Below are positions 60,002 through 64,000 of a DNA stretch of 64,000 nucleotides, in pieces. The translations under genes were made by a program, and so were the position numbers. Origin of the DNA: Eledone cirrhosa (Eukaryota); assembly GCA_964016885.1 (NCBI GenBank), contig OZ024756.1:6014001-6078000 (forward strand), read 5' to 3'. The notes beneath the pieces were generated by a model that was not told where the DNA came from, ran no database searches, and was given only the letters and a program-made list of their open reading frames with translations. Positions within the stretch are counted from its first letter, which is position 1; each line of letters starts with the position of its first letter.

Positions 60002-60024
60002 TACATATATATATATTTATGTAC

Positions 60025-60081
<57 letters not shown>

Positions 60082-60082
<1 letters not shown>

Positions 60083-60264
60083 CGGCTATGAATTAGTTTA
60101 TATGAAATCGTGTGTCGAAACAGATTTTGTTATACTTGGGGAGGGTCATATTTGCGTAATATTGCCAGAATTAATAACAGAACACACTCACTGAGAACAG
60201 TGAGTGTGTTCTGTTATTAATTCTGGCAATATTACGCAAATATGACCCTCCCCAAGTATAACAA
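60082..60264. mobile_element. Perfect asymmetric fold-back in (TA)n
   Basis: Identical arms of about 67 bp (60127-60193, 60198-60264), AGAA loop, about 45-nt tail on the left. Confidence 0.88.
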
Positions 60265-60269
60265 TATAT

Positions 60270-60400
<131 letters not shown>

Positions 60401-60404
60401 TATG

Positions 60405-60466
<62 letters not shown>

Positions 60467-60770
60467 TACAAACACACCGAGCATTATAATAAATATTCGG
60501 TGAATCCATACGTGCATATATATATATGTGTGCATGTATGTATATATATATATACATACTACTGTACGTCAGTATACATATATGTATGTACATACTTATA
60601 TTTAAGTAACAGCCGTACTAAGAGTGGGAAATGAAATATCGTTTCATTTTTTCCGTTTATCGTTTTCGGTGCACCCGGCCGATTAACCCACTCGATATGC
60701 AAATTGGGCTACTCAGCCGTTAATATGCATAAGGTAAGTATATACGTTCAACAATCTGGCAGGAAGGTAT

Positions 60771-60813
60771 ACGTTGCTGACGATAGCTAACAAGCTTGAA
60801 ACTAGTACAGCGT
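60771..60813 (+). ncRNA. Minimal type I hammerhead ribozyme
   Basis: ACGTTG CTGACGA TAGCT-AACA-AGCTT GAAA CTAG TA CAGCGT. Confidence 0.92.
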
Positions 60814-61194
60814 TCCTTTGTCAGTGTTGAACAAACGAGCAACGGTGGTTGCTAGACACTACGGCTTAATACGGGATGTTTGTTTACAAACACACCGAGC
60901 ATTATAATAAATATTCGGTGAATCCATACGTGCATATATATATATGTGTGCATGTATGTATATATATATATACATGCTATTGTAGGTCAGTATACATATA
61001 TGTATGTACGTGTACATACTTATATTTAAGTAACAGCCGTACTAAGAGTGGGAAATGACATATCGTTTCATTTTTTCCGTTTATCGTTTTCGGTGCACCC
61101 GGCCGATTAACCCACTCGATATGCAAATTGGGCTACTCAGCCGTTAATATGCATAAGGTAAGTATATACATTCAACAATCTGGCAGGAAGGTAC

Positions 61195-61237
61195 ACGTTG
61201 CTGACGATAGCTAACAAGCTTGAAACTAGTACAGCGT
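61195..61237 (+). ncRNA. Minimal type I hammerhead ribozyme (second tandem copy)
   Basis: Identical to 60771-60813, 424 bp downstream. Confidence 0.92.
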
Positions 61238-61504
61238 TCCTTTGTCAGTGTTGAACAAACGAGCAACGGTGGTTGCTAGACACTACGGCTTAATACGGGA
61301 TGTTTGTTTACAAACACACCGAGCATCATAATAAATATTCGGTGAATCCATACGTGCATATATATATGTGTGCATGTATGTATATATATATATATATACA
61401 TACTACTGTACGTCGGTATACATATATGTATGTACGTGTACATACTTATATTTAAGTAACAGCCGTACTAAGTGTGGGAAATGAAATATCGTTTCATTTT
61501 TTCC

Positions 61505-61539
<35 letters not shown>

Positions 61540-61541
<2 letters not shown>

Positions 61542-61696
61542 GGGTTCAATCTGGGGTAACCACTGTAAGGTACCTCTATAAATAGCAGAGTACACAAATG
61601 TAATATAATAATGTCTTCTACAGGACTAGAACTGTTTTACTCAGAGGAAATCGTCAGAAAAACCCTGGTCTTTCCTGATGATTTCCTCATATTAAA

Positions 61697-61698
<2 letters not shown>
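61540..61698 (-). mobile_element. HHR element of the 20485 family with a decayed core and a short inversion
   Basis: Reverse complement reads CTGACGA TTTCCTCTGAGT AAAA CAGTTCTAGTCCTG TA GAA..GATTGAACCCGG. Inverted CTGATGATTTCCTC at 61675. Confidence 0.72.
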
Positions 61699-61752
<54 letters not shown>

Positions 61753-61973
61753 ACTTAAGTTAAAAATGTACATCTACATATGTATACTGAAATACTAGTA
61801 TGCATATGAATACATACACGTATACATATGTAGATGTACCAAGTCTTTCACTGGTTACTTTACTGTGAGTATCCAGCTATTCTGTATGTAAACACACGGA
61901 CAAACCGGTTTTTAGAGTCATACTGGTTTTTGAGGAAACACCTTTCCTCTATTATCCAGAAAGCCAGACAAGG

Positions 61974-62018
61974 AATATTGAACTAGTTTCGTTGTTGTTA
62001 CAACTCATCAGCAATATT
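61974..62018 (-). ncRNA. Minimal type I hammerhead ribozyme
   Basis: Reverse complement of the 62625-62669 motif. Confidence 0.9.
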
Positions 62019-62624
62019 TACCTATCTACCGGCCTTTCTGGAGAATCTTAAAAGCACATATCGTTATATGCTTTTTCTATGAAAACTAGTAGTGGGCAGA
62101 CCAATTTGCATACAGTGTGAGTACGTACCGGTTCAACGGAGACGATAAAAACAAATAACGAAACGAAATTAAATTTCGTTTCGTTTGTAACTCACTTTTG
62201 TATGACTGACGCTTAAACACTTAAGTTAAAAATGTACATCTACATATGTATACTGAAATACTAGTATACCGGTTTGTCTGTGTGTTTACATACAGAATAG
62301 CTGGATACTCACAGTAAAGTAACCAGTGAAAGACTTGGTACATCTACATATGTATACGTGTATGTATTCATATGCATACTAGTATTTCAGTATACATATG
62401 TAGATGTACATTTTTAACTTAAGTGTTTAAGCGTCAGTCATACAAAAGTGAGTTACAAACGAAACGAAATTTAATTTCGTTTCGTTATTTGTTTTTATCG
62501 TCTCCGTTGAACCGGTACGTACTCACATTCTATGCAAATTGGTCTGCCCACTACTAATTTTCATAGAAAAAGCATATAACGATATGTGCTTTTACGATTC
62601 TCCAGAAAGTCCGGTAGATAGGTA

Positions 62625-62669
62625 AATATTGCTGATGAGTTGTAACAACAACGAAACTAGTTCAATATT
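62625..62669 (+). ncRNA. Minimal type I hammerhead ribozyme
   Basis: AATATTG CTGATGA GTTGT-AACA-ACAAC GAAA CTAG TT CAATATT. Confidence 0.92.
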
Positions 62670-62956
62670 CCTTGTCTGGCTTTCCGGGGAATAGAGGAAA
62701 TGTGTTTCCTCAAAAACCAGTATGACTCTAAAAACCGGTTTGTCTGTGTGTTTACATACAGAATAGCTGGATACTCACAGTAAAGTAACCAGTGAAAGAC
62801 TTGGTACATCTACATATGTATACGTGTATGTATTCATATGCATACTAGTATTTCGGTATACATATGTAGATGTACATTTTTAACTTAAGTGTTTAAGCGT
62901 CAGTCATACAAAAGTGAGTTACAAACGAAACGAAATTTAATTTCGTTTCGTTATTT

Positions 62957-63019
<63 letters not shown>

Positions 63020-63089
63020 TTACAAGAGAAGTAGATAGATGTAGGTAGGTATACGCAAATACATACATGTATATATATATACATGTATA

Positions 63090-63174
<85 letters not shown>

Positions 63175-63441
63175 CACAGAAATATAGAGAATCAGTGTTG
63201 CGACGAATGGAATTTATTGGACATATTACAATCGTTTCTCTCGCGACCAGCTCGAGCTTCCATAGAAACAACTGCTTCGTAGAATCAAGACGTATCTGAG
63301 GACCTTGCGATATTCAGAGTCAAGTTCGATCATCACATCGATCGTGCCTCAAGCTAGTCGTCAGAGAAACGATTGTTATATGTCCAATAAATTCCATTCG
63401 TCGCAACATTGATTCTCTTTTTTCAATTGAACCCGGGATAA

Positions 63442-63447
<6 letters not shown>
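63175..63447. mobile_element. Fold-back element with a long-stem-II HHR at 63289-63384 (+)
   Basis: GACGTAT CTGAGGA C CTTGCGAT..GTCGTCAG A GAAA CGATTG TT ATATGTC. The inverted arm gives the better-pairing GTCGCGAG and a GTA site. A related fragment lies at 29745-29787. Confidence 0.72.
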
Positions 63448-63513
<66 letters not shown>

Positions 63514-63516
<3 letters not shown>

Positions 63517-63875
63517 GGAGATGATTTTTATTGTAGTACAATAAAGCAATGCAGATATCGGATAAGTAGCACTCTACAGTTTGTAGGACTGAAGTATAAA
63601 TAATATATAAGATCAAAAGATGGTTAAAAGAGTTCCATGTATTTTATTATGCGCATTTCAAAAACAAATATCATCATCGTGAATAGTGCAGTTTTAAATC
63701 AACATATGTTGATTTAAAACTGCACTATTCACAAGTGTGTTTTAACCTTCATATCATGTCTCCCTATTTTATCTGACGAAAACGCAAATGTTATTGCATG
63801 ATGATATTTGTTTTTGAAATGCGCATAATAAAATACATGGAACTCTTTTAACCATCTTTTGATCTTATATATTAT
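63514..63875. mobile_element. Asymmetric fold-back with an intact HHR at 63765-63835 (+)
   Basis: TATTTTAT CTGACGA (about 15-bp stem II) GAAA TGCGCA TA ATAAAATA. Arms about 63600-63678 and 63797-63875; internal perfect palindrome 63679-63732; about 85-nt tail on the left. Confidence 0.88.
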
Positions 63876-63884
63876 ATATATACA

Positions 63885-63929
<45 letters not shown>

Positions 63930-64000
63930 CATATATTGATAAATGGAAACTATATTTATAAAACCATATTTATATGATTATACATATTTCAAGGGAAACC

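Larger units (their letters stand above)
60461..61510 (+). mobile_element. Non-LTR retrozyme-like tandem repeat: about 2.5 units of 418-424 bp with two intact HHRs
   Basis: Units start at 60461, 60879 and 61303. HHR cores at 60777 and 61201. No coding ORF. (TA)n on both sides. Confidence 0.9.
61749..62960. mobile_element. Retrozyme-like 466-bp repeat: about 1.1 units on minus joined to about 1.5 units on plus
   Basis: Period of 466 bp in both halves (61751/62217 and 62271/62737). One HHR in each half. (TA)n flanks. Confidence 0.9.

Noticed and set aside
60731-60739. AAG|GTAAGT splice donor upstream of the HHR (PLE pLTRs can contain introns)
   Set aside because: No acceptor could be assigned, and the 466-bp family has only a weak equivalent.

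Overview
Very AT-rich, repeat-dominated animal genomic DNA. The (TA)n/(CA)n density, tRNA-derived Meta- and CORE-type SINEs, RTE LINEs and Penelope-like elements (PLEs) suggest an invertebrate such as an octopus; this is inference, not proof. Nearly all ORF-track entries are microsatellite or minisatellite artefacts. Real coding content is limited to two minus-strand exons of a Shisa/CYYR1-like single-pass membrane protein gene (36128-35913, 22531-22272), five PLE RT/GIY-YIG remnants (one with a 439-codon open frame) and two RTE fragments carrying 5' inversions. The most striking signal is a dense population of small non-coding elements embedded in (TA)n tracts. About 20 type I hammerhead ribozyme (HHR) motifs from roughly 10 sequence families were folded by eye, about 13 with intact cores; most have a minimal palindromic stem III and some show compensatory changes. 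They occur as (i) 424-bp, 466-bp and about 460-bp tandem units resembling non-LTR retrozymes (circular-RNA candidates), (ii) asymmetric fold-back insertions in which one arm keeps a 20-95 nt tail and the other stops at a family-specific TA, and (iii) the 3' regions of PLEs. Together these suggest a (TA)n-targeting PLE plus ribozyme mini-element system. Coordinates were counted by hand and element edges may be off by a few bases.
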